The notes below the pieces were generated by a model that worked only from the letters and a program-made list of their open reading frames with translations, did not search any database and was not told the origin of the DNA. 64,000 bases of DNA. Origin: Squalus acanthias. Taxonomy: Eukaryota. Made by a program: the position numbers and the translations under genes. Below, piece by piece: positions 10,381-22,932 of this stretch; the first letter of the stretch is position 1, and every line of letters starts with the position of its first letter. The DNA lies in assembly GCA_030390025.1 (NCBI GenBank), contig JASTWF010000514.1, forward strand, positions 1-64,000, in the 5' to 3' direction.

Positions 10381-13300
10381 TTGCTTTCGTTTGGGTCATG
10401 AGTTCCGTTTGCTGTAGTTCATACAGACTCTTTTTAATAGACTCTGTGGAATGTTTGCGGTACTGCTCTGTTTAAATATACTCTGTTTGCTGAGCAAATA
10501 GAGTTCGTTTGCTGTAAAATAGGCTGTTTGATGTGAGTCCTGCCTTAAGTCCCTACCAACCTCCTACAACAACAACAACAACTGGTATTTATATAGCGCT
10601 ATTAGCATAGAAGCATAGAAGATAGGAGCAGGAATAGGCCATTCGGCCCGCGAGCCTGCTCCGCCCTTTAATGAGATCATGGCTGATCATCCAAATTCAG
10701 TACCCTCTCCCAGCTTTCTCCCCATATCCCTTGATCCCTTTAGCCTTAAGAAATATATCTATCTCCTTCTTGAATATATTTAATGAATTGGCCTCAACTG
10801 ACTTCTGTGGTAGAGAATTCCACAGGTTCACCTCTCTTTGGGTGAAGAACTTCCTGGTCATCTCATTCCTAAATGGCTTACCCCTTATCTTTAGACTGCA
10901 ACCTTTGGTGCTGGACTCCCCCGCCGTCGGGAACATCCTTCTTGCATCTAGTCTGTCTAGTCCTGTTAGAATTTTATAAGTTTCAATGAGATCCCTTCTT
11001 ATTCTTCGAAACTCTAGCGAATATAAGCCTAATCGACCCAATCTCTCTTCATACGTCATTCCTGCCATCCCGGGTATCAGCCTGGTGAATCTTCGCTGCA
11101 CTGCCTCCATGGCAAGAACATCTTTCCTCAGATAAGGCGACCAAAACTGCACACAATACTCAAGATGTGGTCTCACCAAGGCCCTGTACAACTGCAGCAA
11201 GATATCCTTGTTCCTGTACTCGAACCCTTTCGCAACGAAGGCCAACACACCATTTGCCTTCTTAACCGCCTGCTGCACCTGCATGCTTACCTTCAGCGAT
11301 TGGTGCACAAGGACACCCAGGTCTCGTTGCACTTCCCCTTCTCCCAATCTATTGCCATTCAGATAATAACCTGCCGTCCTGTTTTTGACACCAAAGTGGA
11401 TAACCTCGCATTTATCCACATTATATTGCATCTGCCATGCTTCAGCCCTATCACCCAACCTATCCAAATTGTACTGATTTTCTCGGCATCCTCCTCACGG
11501 CACACCACTCCCACACAGCTTTGTGTCGTCTTCAAACTTGGAGATATTACATCCAATTCCATCGTCCAGATCATTAATATATATTGTGAATAGCTGGGGT
11601 CCTAGGACCGATCCCTGCGTTACCCCACTAGTCACCGCCTGCCACTCGGAAAAAGACCAATTTATTCCAAATCTTTGCTTTCTGTCTGCCAACGAGTTCT
11701 CTATCCAAGTCAATACCTTGCCCCCAATCCCATGTGCCTTAACGTTACACGCTAATCTCTTATGCGGGACCTTATCGAAAGCCTTCTGAAAGTCCAAATA
11801 CACCACATCCACTGGTTCTCCCCTTATCCATTTTACCAGTTACATCCTTAAAATATTCCAGTAGATTAATCAAGCACGATTTGCCTTTTGTAAATCCATG
11901 TTGACTTTGTCCGATCCTGTCACTGTTTTCCAAGTGCTCTGCTGTTGCATCTTTTATAATGGACTCTAGCATTTTGCCCACTATCGATGTCAGGCTTACT
12001 GGTCCATAATTCCCCGCTTTCTCTCTACCACCTTTTTTGAATAGTGGGGTAACATTAGCTACCCTCCAATACATGGATACTGTTCCAGAGTCTATAGAAT
12101 TTTTGGAAGATGACCAGCAATGCATCTACTGTTTCAAAGGCCGCTTCCTTAAGTACCCTAGGATGTAAATTATCAGGCCACATTATACTGCATCTGCCAT
12201 GCATCTGCCCAATCACCCAACCTGTCCAAATCATACTGGAGTTTGTCTGCATCCTCCTCACAGCACACACGCCCCCCCAGCTTTGTTTCGTCTGCAAACA
12301 TCGTGATATTACATCTAGTTCCCTCGTCTAGATCATTAATATATATTGTGAATAGCTGGGGTCCTAGCACCGATCCCTGTGGTACCAAACTAGTCACTGC
12401 CTGCCACTCGGAGAAAGACCCTTTTATTCCAACTCTTTGCTACCTGTCTGCCAAACAGTTCTCTATCCAAATCAGTACCTCACCCCCAATCCCATGTGAT
12501 TTAACTTTGCACGCTAATCTCTTATGCGGGACCTTATCGACAGCCTTCTGAAATTCCAAATTCACCACATCCACTGTTTCTCCCTGATCCATTCTACCTG
12601 TTACATCATCAAAAAATTTCAGTAGATTAGTCAGGCATGATTTCCCTTTTGTAAATCCATGGTGACTTTGTCCGATCCTGTCACTGTTTTCCAAGTGCTC
12701 TGCTATTGCATCTTTTATCATGGACTCTAGGATTTTACCCACTACCGATGTCAGGCTTACCGGTCTATAATTCCCCGCTTTTTCTCTACCAACTTTATTA
12801 AATAGTGGGGGTTTCATTAGCTACCCTCCAATCCTTGGGAACTGTTCCAGTGTCTATAGAATTTTGAAAGATGACTAGCAATGCAACTACTATTTCTAGG
12901 GTCACATCATTAAGTACCCTAGGATGTAGATTATCAGGCCCTGGGGATTTATCGGCCTTCAATCCTGTCAATTTCCCTAACACCATTTCCGTACCAATAG
13001 TGATTTCATTCAATTCCTCCCTCTCATTAGACCCTATGTTCCCCGACATCTCTGGGATGTTATTTATGTCCTCCTTTGTGACGACAGAACCAAACTATGT
13101 ATTTAAATCGTCATCCATTTCTTTGTTCCCCATTATAAATTCCCCTGATTCTGACTGAAAGGGACCTACGCTTGACTTCACCAATCTTTTTCTCTTAACA
13201 TATCTATAGAAGCTTTTACGGTCATTTGTTATGTTCCTTGAAAGTTTACTATCATATTCTATTTCCCCCCCTTAATTAATCCCTTTGTCCTCCTTTGCTG

Positions 13301-14711
13301 AATCCTAAACTGCTCCCAATCCTCAGGTTTTCTGCGTTTTCGGGCCAATTTATATGCCCTCTCCTTGGATCTTATGCTATCACTAATTTCCCTTGTTAGC
13401 CACGGTTGAATCACCTTTTTTGTTTTATTTTTATGCCAAACAGGGAATGAATAATTATGCAGTTCATTCATGCGATCTTTAAATATTTGCCATTGCCTAT
13501 CCACCGTCAATCATTTAAGTAAGGTTCCCCAATCCATCCTAGCCAACTCGCGCCTCATACCATCGTAGTTTCCTTTATTTAAATTCAGGACATAAGTCTC
13601 TGAGTCAACTACTTCACTCTCCATCTTAATGAAGGATTCTATCATATTATGATCGTTCCTCCCCATGGGGCCTCGCAAAAAAAGATTGCTAATTAATCCT
13701 TTCTCATTACATAATACCCAGTCAAGATGGCCTGATCTCCAGTTGGTTCCTCGACATATTGGTCCAGGAAACCGTCCCGTATATACTCTAGGAATTCCTC
13801 CTCCACAGTATTGTTACTAATTTGGTTAACTCAATCTGTATGTAAATTAAAGTCACCCATGATAACTGCTGTTTCCTTATTGCACGCATCTCTAATTTCC
13901 CGTTTAATGACATCCACAACCACAGCATTACTGTTTGGGGGTCTGTATACAACTCCCACTAACTTTTTCAGCCCCTTGGTGTTTCTCAGCTCTACCCATA
14001 CAGATTGAACATCATCAGAGCTAATACCCTCCTTTACTATTGTGTTAATCACCTCTTTAACCAGCAATGCTACCCCGCCTCCTTTTCCTTTTTGTCTGTC
14101 CTTCCTGAATATTGAATACCACTGGATGTTCAATTCCCAGCCTTGGTCACCCTGGATCAGTGTCTCCGTAATCCCAATTATATCATAAACGTTTACATCT
14201 ATTTGCGCAGCTAATTCATCCACATTATTACGAATGCTCCTCGCATTAAGACACAAAGCCTTCAGGCTTGTTTTTTTAACATTCTTAGTCATTTTAGAAT
14301 TATTATTTACTGTAGCCCTGTTTGATTTACAGCCTTGATTTCTCTGCCTTCCACATTTGCTTCTCTCCTTCCTGTCTTTTGCTTCTATCCTTGCTTCAAT
14401 TTCCTCTGTTTCCCCTGCACAGGTCCCCAACCCCCTGCCATTTTAGTTTAAACCCTCCCCAACAGCACTAGCAAACACTCCCCTAGGACATCGATGCCGG
14501 TCCTGCCCAGGTGCAAATCGTCCAGTTTGTACTGGTCCCACCTCCCCCAGAACCGGTTCCAATGTCACAGGAATTTGAATCCCTCCCCCTTGCACTATTC
14601 CTCTAGCCACATATTCATCTGAAATTTCCTTCTATTTCTACTCTAACTAGCACGCGGCACCGTTAGCAATCCTGAGATTACTATCTTTGAGGTCCTATTT
14701 CTTAATTTACC

Positions 14712-16344
14712 TAGAAAAATAGAAGATAGGATGGAGTAGGCCATTCGGCCCCAAAAGCCTTCTCCGCCATTCAATGCGATCATGGCTGATCATACAAATT
14801 CAGAACCCTGTCCCTGCTTTCTCCCCATATCCCTTGATCCCTTTAGCTTTAAGAAATATATCCAACTCCTTCTTGAATATATTTAATGAATTGGCCTCTA
14901 CTGCCTTCTGTGGTACAGAATTCCACAGGTTCACCACTCTCTGGATGAAGAAATTCCTCCTCATTTCTGTACTAAATTGCTTACCTCTTATCCTTAGACT
15001 TTCACCCCTGGTTCTGGACTCCACGACCATCGGGAACATCCTTCCTGCATCTAGACTGTCCAGTCCTTTCAGAATTTTATAAATTTCAATCAGATCCCAT
15101 CTCATTCTTCTAAACTCCAGCGAGTATAAGCCCAATCAACCAAATCTCTCCTCACACTTAATTCCTGCCATCCCAGGTATCAGCCTGGTGAATCTCCGCT
15201 GAACTCCTTCCATGGCAAGAACCTCCTTCCTCAGATAAGGTGACCAAAACTTCACACAATACTCAAGATGTGGTCTCACCAAGGCCCTGTACAACTGCAG
15301 AAAGACATGCTTGTTCCTGTACTCAAACCCTTTCGCTTCGAAGACCAACATACCATTTGCCTTCTTAACCGCCTGCTGCACCTGCATGCTTACCCTCAAC
15401 GACTGGTGCACAAGGACACCCAGGTCTCGTCGCACTTCCCCTTCTCCCAATCTATTGCCATTCAGATAATAATCTGCCTTCCTGTTTTTGACGCCAAAGT
15501 GGATAACCTCGCATTTATCCCCGTTATATTGCATCTGCCATGCTTCTGCCCAATCACCCAACCTGTCCAAATCATCCTGGAGTTTCTCGGCATCCTCCTC
15601 ACAGCACACACGCCCCCCCAGCTTTGTTTCGTCTGCAAACTTGGAGATATTAGATCTAGTTCGCTAGTCGAGATCATCAATAAATATTGTGAATATCTGG
15701 GGTCCAAGGACCGATTCCTGCGGTACCCCACTAGTCACTGCCTGCCACTCGGAAAAATACCCGTTTATTCTAACTTTTTGCTTTCTGTCTGCCAACCAGT
15801 TCTCTCTTCCAAGTCAATAACTTGCCCCCAATCCCATGTGTCTTACCTTTACACGTTAATCTCTAATGCGGGTCCTAATCGAATGCCTTTTGAAAGTCCA
15901 AATACACCACATCCACTGGTTCTCCCTTATCTATTTTACCAGTTACATCCTCAAAAAATTCCAGTAGATAAGTCATGCATGATTTACCTTTTGTAAATCC
16001 ACGTTGACTTTGTCCGATCCTGTCACTGTTTTCCAAGTGCTCTGCTATTACATCTTTTATAATGGAATCTAGCATTTTCCCCATTACCGATGTCAGGCTT
16101 ACCAGTCTGTAATTCCCCGTTTTCGCTCTGCCACCTTTTTTGAATAGTAGGGTAACATTAGCTACCCTCCAATCCATGGGTATTGTTCCAGATTCCATCG
16201 AATGTTGGAAGATGATCAGCAATGCATCTACTATTTCTAGGGCCACTTCCTTCAATACCCTCGGACGTAGATTATCAGGCCCTGGGGATTTATAGGCCTT
16301 TAATCCCGCCAATTTCCCTAACGCCATTTACCTACAAATACTGA
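14712..16344 (-). mobile_element. 5'-truncated CR1 LINE nested in ORF1 of the host CR1
   Basis: Has its own 3' tail at ~14712 and RT/C-terminal ORFs. Host sequence 'gaggtcctattt...actcctaactccc' is split around it; the uninterrupted version is at ~49450-49480. Confidence 0.9.
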
Positions 16345-17319
16345 CTCCTAACTCCCTATATTCAGCTTTTAGGACCTCATCCCGTTTTTTACCTATATCG
16401 TTGTTACCTATATGCACCACGACAACTGGCTGTCCACCCTCCCCCTCCAGAATGCCCTGCAGCCACTCCGAGTCATCCTTGACCCTTGCACCAGGGAGGC
16501 AACATACCATTCTGGAGTCTCGTTTGCGGCCCGAGAAACGCCTATCAATTCTGCTTACAATAGAATCCTCAATCTCTATAGCTCTCTCGCTCTTTTTCCT
16601 CCCGTCCTGTGCAGCAGAAGCACCGTTGATGCTGCTGCCTTCCCCCGATATGCCATCTGCCTCAACACTATCCAAAGTGGTATATCTGTTTGAGAGGGGG
16701 TTGTCCACAGGGGACCCCTGCACTACCTGCCTGCGCCTACTACTCTGCCTGGCGTTCACCCATTCCCTTCCTGCCTGTGCAGCCTTTACGTGTGGTGTGA
16801 CCAACTCCCTAAACGTGCTATCCACGATGTCCTCATCATCGCGAATGCTCCAGTATGCATCCATTCGCAGCTCCAGCGCCGCAATGCGGTCTGCCAGTAG
16901 CTGCAGCTGGATACACTTCCCACACACATGGTCAACAGGGACACAGGAAGTGTCCCTGATTTCCACATAGTGCAGGAGGAGCATGCCACGGGGATGAGCT
17001 GTGCTGCCATGACTTATCCTTTAATTAATTTAAATTAACTCAAATCAATTCCACAAATTACACGACAATTAAATGATATACTCAAGGGCCCTTGTATACT
17101 AGCACTCCTGCTACACAACAGAGACCTTAGAAAATATATCCAAAAAAATTAGGACATTCTAAAATTTATAAACTATTAACGTTAACTGTCAAACCACAGA
17201 GTAGTATAAATACTCACCTGGCCGTACTCACCCAATCAGCTGCTTCCTCTTGTCCGCGTCACTTTTTGAATTGTGACGGGGCTCTGGAACGCCGCCGCCT
17301 GTCTGTGAGATTGTTGAGC

Positions 17320-17615
17320 CTCTGAACAAAAGCCGGCGAAAGTGAGTTTAACTACTCACATTGCTGCTGCTCTCTCCGCACCCGACACTGGCATCTGAAA
17401 AAAAAGTCCGCGAAAGTGAGTTTAACTATTCACTGTACTGCTGCTCTCTCCGCTCCCGACACTGGCCGCTGCAAAAAAGCCCGCGAAAGTGTGTTTAAAT
17501 ACTCACTGTGCGGCTGCTCTCTCCGCTAACGACACTGGCCTCTGCAAAAAAGACCGCGAAAGTGAGTTTAAATACTCACTGTGCTGCTGCTCTCTCCGCT
17601 CCCGACACTGGCCTC
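17320..17615. repeat. ~73-bp tandem repeat x4 in CR1 5' UTR
   Basis: 'cgaaagtg' recurs at 17337, 17411, 17484 and 17557. Confidence 0.9.
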
Positions 17616-18530
17616 AGTAAATGTCGCAAGGTGCTTCACAAGAGCGTTTTCACAAAGAAATTTAACTCCAAGGCACATGAGACCTAACGCTATATTAGGG
17701 CAGAAAACCAAATGCTTGGTCAAACAGGTAGGTTTTAACAAGTGTGTTGGAGGAGGAGAGAGAGGTAGGGAGGTGGAGAGTTTAAGGAAGGGAATTCCAG
17801 AGTTTAGGGCCCAGGCAGCTGATAGCACAGCGGGAACTTTTGAGAGATTGTAAATGTAGATGTTCAATAGGCCAGAAGTTATGGAGCGCAGATATCTCGG
17901 AGGCTTGTGGGGCTAGAGGCAATTACAGACATAAGGATAGTGAGGCAATGGAGGAATTTGAAAACAAGGATGAGAAATTTTAAATGGAGGTGTTGCTTAA
18001 CCGGGAGCCAATGTAGGTCAGCAAGCAGAGGGGTGATCATTTAACAGGTCTTGGTGCGCGTTAGGACATGGGCAGCCGCGTTTTGGGTGACTTGAATTTT
18101 ACGGAGTGTAGAAAGTGGTTGGCTGGCAGAATGTGCATTGGAAATATTCAAATATAGAGTTAACAAAGGCATGGATGAGTGTTTCAGCAGCAGATGAGGT
18201 AAGAAAAGGGCGGAGATGGGAGATGTTATGGAGTTGGAAATAGGCTGTCTTAGTTATGGTGCAGATATGTGGTCGGAAGATCATCTCACGGTCAGATATG
18301 ACAACAAGGTTGTGAACAGTCTTTTCCAGCCAAGAAGAGGGACGGAGTCCATGCCGAGGGAGCGAATTTGTGGCGGGGACCAAAGACAATGGCTTCGGTC
18401 TTCCCAATATTTAGTTGGAGTAAATTTCTGCTCATCCAGTGCTGGATGTTGGACAAGCAGTGTGGCAATTTATAGACAGTGGATGGGTCGAGAGAGGTGG
18501 TGTTGAGGTAAATCTGACTCAGTGGTGTCA
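17616..18530 (-). mobile_element. L2-type LINE 3' fragment (part of the IgL duplication unit)
   Basis: CLSNIQHWMSRNLLQLNIGKTE-type RT C-terminus. Paralogous copy at 41156-42065 (+). Confidence 0.8.
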
Positions 18531-18824
18531 ATAGACACGCTGATTTGGGCTATTGCCCAATGTGGAACTACAGTTCCCACGGTGTAGAGCGCGGTGTGGC
18601 CAGTGCTCTGCGATGATTGGTTCTCCAGTCAGCCGTATCGGTGTCAGCAGTGACAAAGCTCTTGGTCCCTGTGCAAGATTGAGAGAGCAGCTCCAGTCAC
18701 AGCAACAAAGCCCCTTTAATAATTCTAACAGACCAGAGGAATCAGTGATCAGTTCAAGCGCAGAAACAGGAACAAGCATCTGGGCTTCACCGTAAAGCCA
18801 CTTGTCCAGGTGAGAACCAATCCC
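18530..18824 (+). promoter_or_regulatory. ZNF143/THAP11 (M4) motif + CCAAT promoter-like module with splice donor, copy 1
   Basis: ACTACAGTTCCCA at 18567-18579; CCAAT and ATTGG boxes; donor CAG|GTGAGA at 18810. Copies at 28115-28411 and 40865-41155. Confidence 0.55.
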
Positions 18825-19738
18825 TGCCCGAATTCAATGCCGGCTACTCCAGGGGCCGAGAATCCTCCGGCCGCTCTGTGTGATTTTTAAGGAACAGGGG
18901 AATAACTAACTTCACAGTTACACAATTCTGATATTTATTAAACAAAAAAATATTCCTTTGACGCTAATATCTCGAGCCAACCCATTTATTAACTATTTAA
19001 CGCATTTAATTTTACCCACTAGTAACTGACACCAACCAGTTTCATCTGACTTTTAAAAACATGAACCAAACTCAGTGTGGAGAGTTAGGGATTGACTTCA
19101 AAGAGGGGAACAGTTCAACATCACAGAGAATCAGAAATAACTGACCCGGCCGCTTAATAATTCAACTGGAACAGGGTTTAAAACGGGAACTGCGCGCATC
19201 AATCGACCCGCAGTAAATTAAAGGCAAGGTGTCATTTTATTAATATGGTGCCGAGTTTTATTTGCCCTCCTGAGTTTAAAGTGGGTGACTCAGACTATAA
19301 TAAAGCAACTTCTCTTTAATCCGGGGCAGGGAGTAAAATGTCGCTTTCTACCGCTCTTTCTCATTCATCTAATTAGCTATTTACTCCGCCTCAGGAATAT
19401 TCTCATCAGAAATGTATTTACAGCCTGAAGCCCAAATCATATCTGTCAATTGAAACCCCAATTTTAAAGGGATTGACAAATCCAGGGTTGTCTTGCTGCT
19501 GATTTAGAGAAGCGAACGTCAGTCTATTGTGAAATGTGTATTTTAGGGGGAAAAGGTTATTTTAAAATCTGATGCAGTATATCGGAGAGTAACAGCGCGT
19601 TATCAGAACGATTCCGGCCGAAGTGCATCAGCTGATCCGTATCTCTACAATCCGCCCCTCGGATCCCGGACTTTAAAGAAGCAGCGCCCGGTTCAGTCGG
19701 ACATTTGGACGGTGGGTGTTGTCGCTTCTCCAGTGGAA

Positions 19739-22578
19739 ATCGCTCCAGCGATCCATCTCCTGTTGGCTCTGCTAATCCATTTAACAGGTGAGACACGGAT
19801 GGTTTTAGTCACGGGTTTATCCGCAACTAAATCGTTTCAATACCGAGAATCGGGCGGTTTTATCTCCGTGTTTATTGACGCATTAAAATCCGATTTGCTT
19901 AAAGTCTCTGAATGCGTTGATTTTTTTCTTTTATTGAAGGTGTCCTGGCGGCTCCCGTCCTCAATCAGTCCCCAATATCCGATCCTGTATCCGAGGGTCA
20001 GACCGCCCGGTTACAGTGTGCGATGCAGAACGGCGCTGTGGGCAGCAAGGATGTGTACTGGTTCCAACAGCGACCCGGGGAAGCTCCGGTGTGGGTGATA
20101 AGACATAACACCGATGGAGCTGTATCCCGAGGCAGCGGTTTCGCAGGCCGTTTTTCAACCTTCCAGAGACGCCTCAGTTAACAGTGGCATTCTGACCATC
20201 GGAACCCTGGTGCCCGGTGACTCCGTCTATTACTGTGCTGTGTGGTACTCGGGATACATCTTCGGACCGGGGACACCCTGAGTATAAAGATTAAGTGACT
20301 CTCTCATTCTATCATTCATATTGTTTCAATTATTATTAATTTACAGTCGGTTTCAATCCCGGGCGCCAGATGCAGGATCTATTTATACACAAAACATGTT
20401 AAACTGATCAGAATTTATATTGTTGAAACGCTCGGGCAATAATACTGTGCTGAAATAAAGTTTGACACCATTTCCTTCTCCCATTCAATAGGGGAGATGA
20501 AGAGAAGTGTTCTTTTTACTCACCGAGTTGTTAAAAAGAGCTTTTTCCTAAATGGCCGGGCTCTAATTTTCAATTGATGTCCCCTGGTTCTTGTTGCCCC
20601 GAACAAAGGAAATCGATTTTCTGTATCTACCCGAGCGAATCCTTTTGCACATTTTAAGGACTTTGAACAGATCACGACTGAAGCTTCTCAGCTCAAGGGA
20701 ATACAAGCCAAGTTTATGCAACCCGTCCTCGTAAGTTAACCCTCTAAGCCCCGGTATCATTCGGATGCAGCAAGAGACAGAGAGAGAGAGAGAGAGTGGG
20801 GGAAAGTGGTGAGCTATACTGTGAAGTTCTGACAGTGGACACTGAATATGTCACTGTGTTACACTGAGTTATAAATGGAGAAAATTGCAGGGCTGTGGGG
20901 AAAGAGCAGGGGAGTGGAACTAATTGGAGAGCTCATTCAAAGAGCCGGCACAGGCACGATGGGCCGAATGGCCTCCTTCTGGGCTGTATGATTCTCTGCT
21001 ATGCCTTACCTCTTCCCTTAGTGTATTCGAATTATTTCTATGGTCCAGAGTCGGCACCGCCCGATTTAATAAAGATTGCCCGGAGCCGGCGGGAGAGCCC
21101 CCGGAAGAACCCCGACCCATTTACCGTCATTTGCAAAGTTCAATATTGCTGCTGTTTTTATTCCTGTGCGTATTGTCCCTCTGGGCTGGAAGAGAGGGCT
21201 GGGCCTCTGTCCCAGCACAGAAGTGGTTGGATCGACCCCCTGTCCCCAGTAACACCTTGCCTAGTCGGGATTTGATTCTTTGATGGGACCGGTTTTATTC
21301 TGAATTCCCTGCTCCGATATTTGAGATGTCTGAACTCGTTTTTCGCAATCTCCCCACTGTTTATAGAGCAGAACCGACGCTTTACCATGGAGCGGCGCAG
21401 TGACAATTTCTGACCTGCCCCGTGTGAATGAGTGAGTCTGGGCGATGCTTGTTGAAGGGAACTTTCTCTCCATCTCATTCTTTCGCTGCTGACCCTCTCC
21501 CCTCCCCCAGGCTGTGTCTGCTGACTCTCCCTGTCCAGTGTCCCCCCGGGTATATCGCCGATTCTCCTGGGTTGATCTGTCGGGTCCAGCTATCGCCCAG
21601 TGTTGAACGGATCGCTCCGGGACCAGCGAGACTGATCTCATCCCGAGAGAGAAATCAGTTCCCCCGCGCCGGGAGGAATCCGTACTTGCCTCTGTAGCGA
21701 GAATCTTTTACAATCCTTTTTCCCCATTTCACTTGAAATATCGAACAGTGTGGACAATCGGTGTTAAGCAGTTCACTGCTCCCTAATTTCACATCTTTAA
21801 ATTTAACACTGACCACATTTTAAGACAAACAAACGCTTTATTATTTTGAAGTAAAGGGGAAAACACTAAAAATATCCCAATTTAAAAAGAAAATGCTGGG
21901 AGTGCACGGTCGGTCGGTCAGTGTCTGTAACGGGAACAGCAGGTTAGTGCGGTTCCGGGGGTGTAACCTGCAGCTGAACAGGTCAGTTACTGATCTTTCC
22001 AGCTCACACATGCTGACTGACCTGGTCTGTATTTCCAGCATTTTCTGTTCTAATTTTGCATGAAAAAAAGAAAGTAGGAATAATTGAAAGAAAGAACGAA
22101 TGATTTTATTGGAACTCCTGTATTAATCAGTAATTTATTTTAAAGTGAATGTTGTTCGCGGGTTCTTTGGTATCTTTGATTTCAAATAAGAGCGTCCCAC
22201 TGCTGACGGATTCCATAAACTAATGAATGTTCTCTCCCCCACAAAAAGACAGCGAGGATCGAAGCACCTCGGTTCTTCTCCTCCCTCCTTCCTCGGAAGA
22301 ATTCAGCTCGGGATCGGCCACTCTGTCCTGCCTGGTGAGTCGCTTTAAGCCGGGCTTGGTGGCGGCTCCGCTGGAGCGTGGATGGCCAAGAGACAGACAG
22401 CGGGGTGACGTCAGGCGCCGTGTCCCCTGACAGCGATCAAACCTACAGCCTGAGCAGTTACCTGAGAGTCCCCGCCGCCGCCTGGAACAAGGGCTCCAGC
22501 TATTGTTGCAGCGTCAGCCACGGCTCCCTGAGCCCGCCTCTTCTCAAGACCATCAGCGCCACGTCGTGTTCCGACTGA
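19739..22578 (+). pseudogene. Ig light chain type I (sigma-cart/NS5-like) germline-joined cluster, copy 1
   Basis: Leader 19739-19787 (ATG>ATC). VJ 19940-20290 (PVLNQSPISDPVS...CAMQNG...WFQQRPG...YYCAVWYSGYIFGPGT) has two frameshifts and donor GT>TT. C 22249-22578 (SEDRSTSVLLLPPSSEE...YSLSSYLRVPAAAWNKGSSY...SCSD*) has one frameshift. Closely resembles the horn shark type I light chain as recalled. Confidence 0.93.
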
Positions 22579-22932
22579 GGCGGTGCGAGTTGGCAGTGGG
22601 GTTTGAATTTTGCTCGTGTTTAATGTAATGAAACAGATCATTCGATGTGTGCAATCCACACTTTTTGAAATGTAATCGCTGTAACAATTTCAGTTTTTGG
22701 CAAACAATGGGAATGTTAAATAATATCAGAAGTGACTGAAATGATTGTCCAGCGTTGTGAGATGGAACTTTCTGTACAATTGTCCCCAATATCTTGTGCG
22801 AAAAATTCGGTGTGTGTAGAATGGGGACAGATTTCCCTTTGTCTGTGGTCGTATTGTGATTAAAAACTTGTGTAACACAGCTCTTGATAAACATGAAATG
22901 CTGCCACGAGCTTAAAGAGTTCCGTCTTTACT

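Larger units (their letters stand above)
10606..17615 (-). mobile_element. Near full-length decayed CR1 LINE (5'UTR, ORF1 Zn-finger/SGNH esterase, APE endonuclease, RT) with internal ~760-bp tandem duplication and a nested CR1
   Basis: ORF1 16345-17010 (CSSC...CGKC; GDS-like; HIGNND) continues at ~14710. Endonuclease LNARSI, ITET, YRPP and GDFN motifs. RT YLDFQKAFDKV, QGSVLGP and FAD motifs. 3' tail at 10606. Confidence 0.95.

Noticed and set aside
18528-18795. Thrice-repeated ~80-aa ORF (PNVELQFPRC...) as a small protein gene
   Set aside because: Starts at TTG, ends vary between copies, no domain; better explained as a non-coding promoter/first-exon module.
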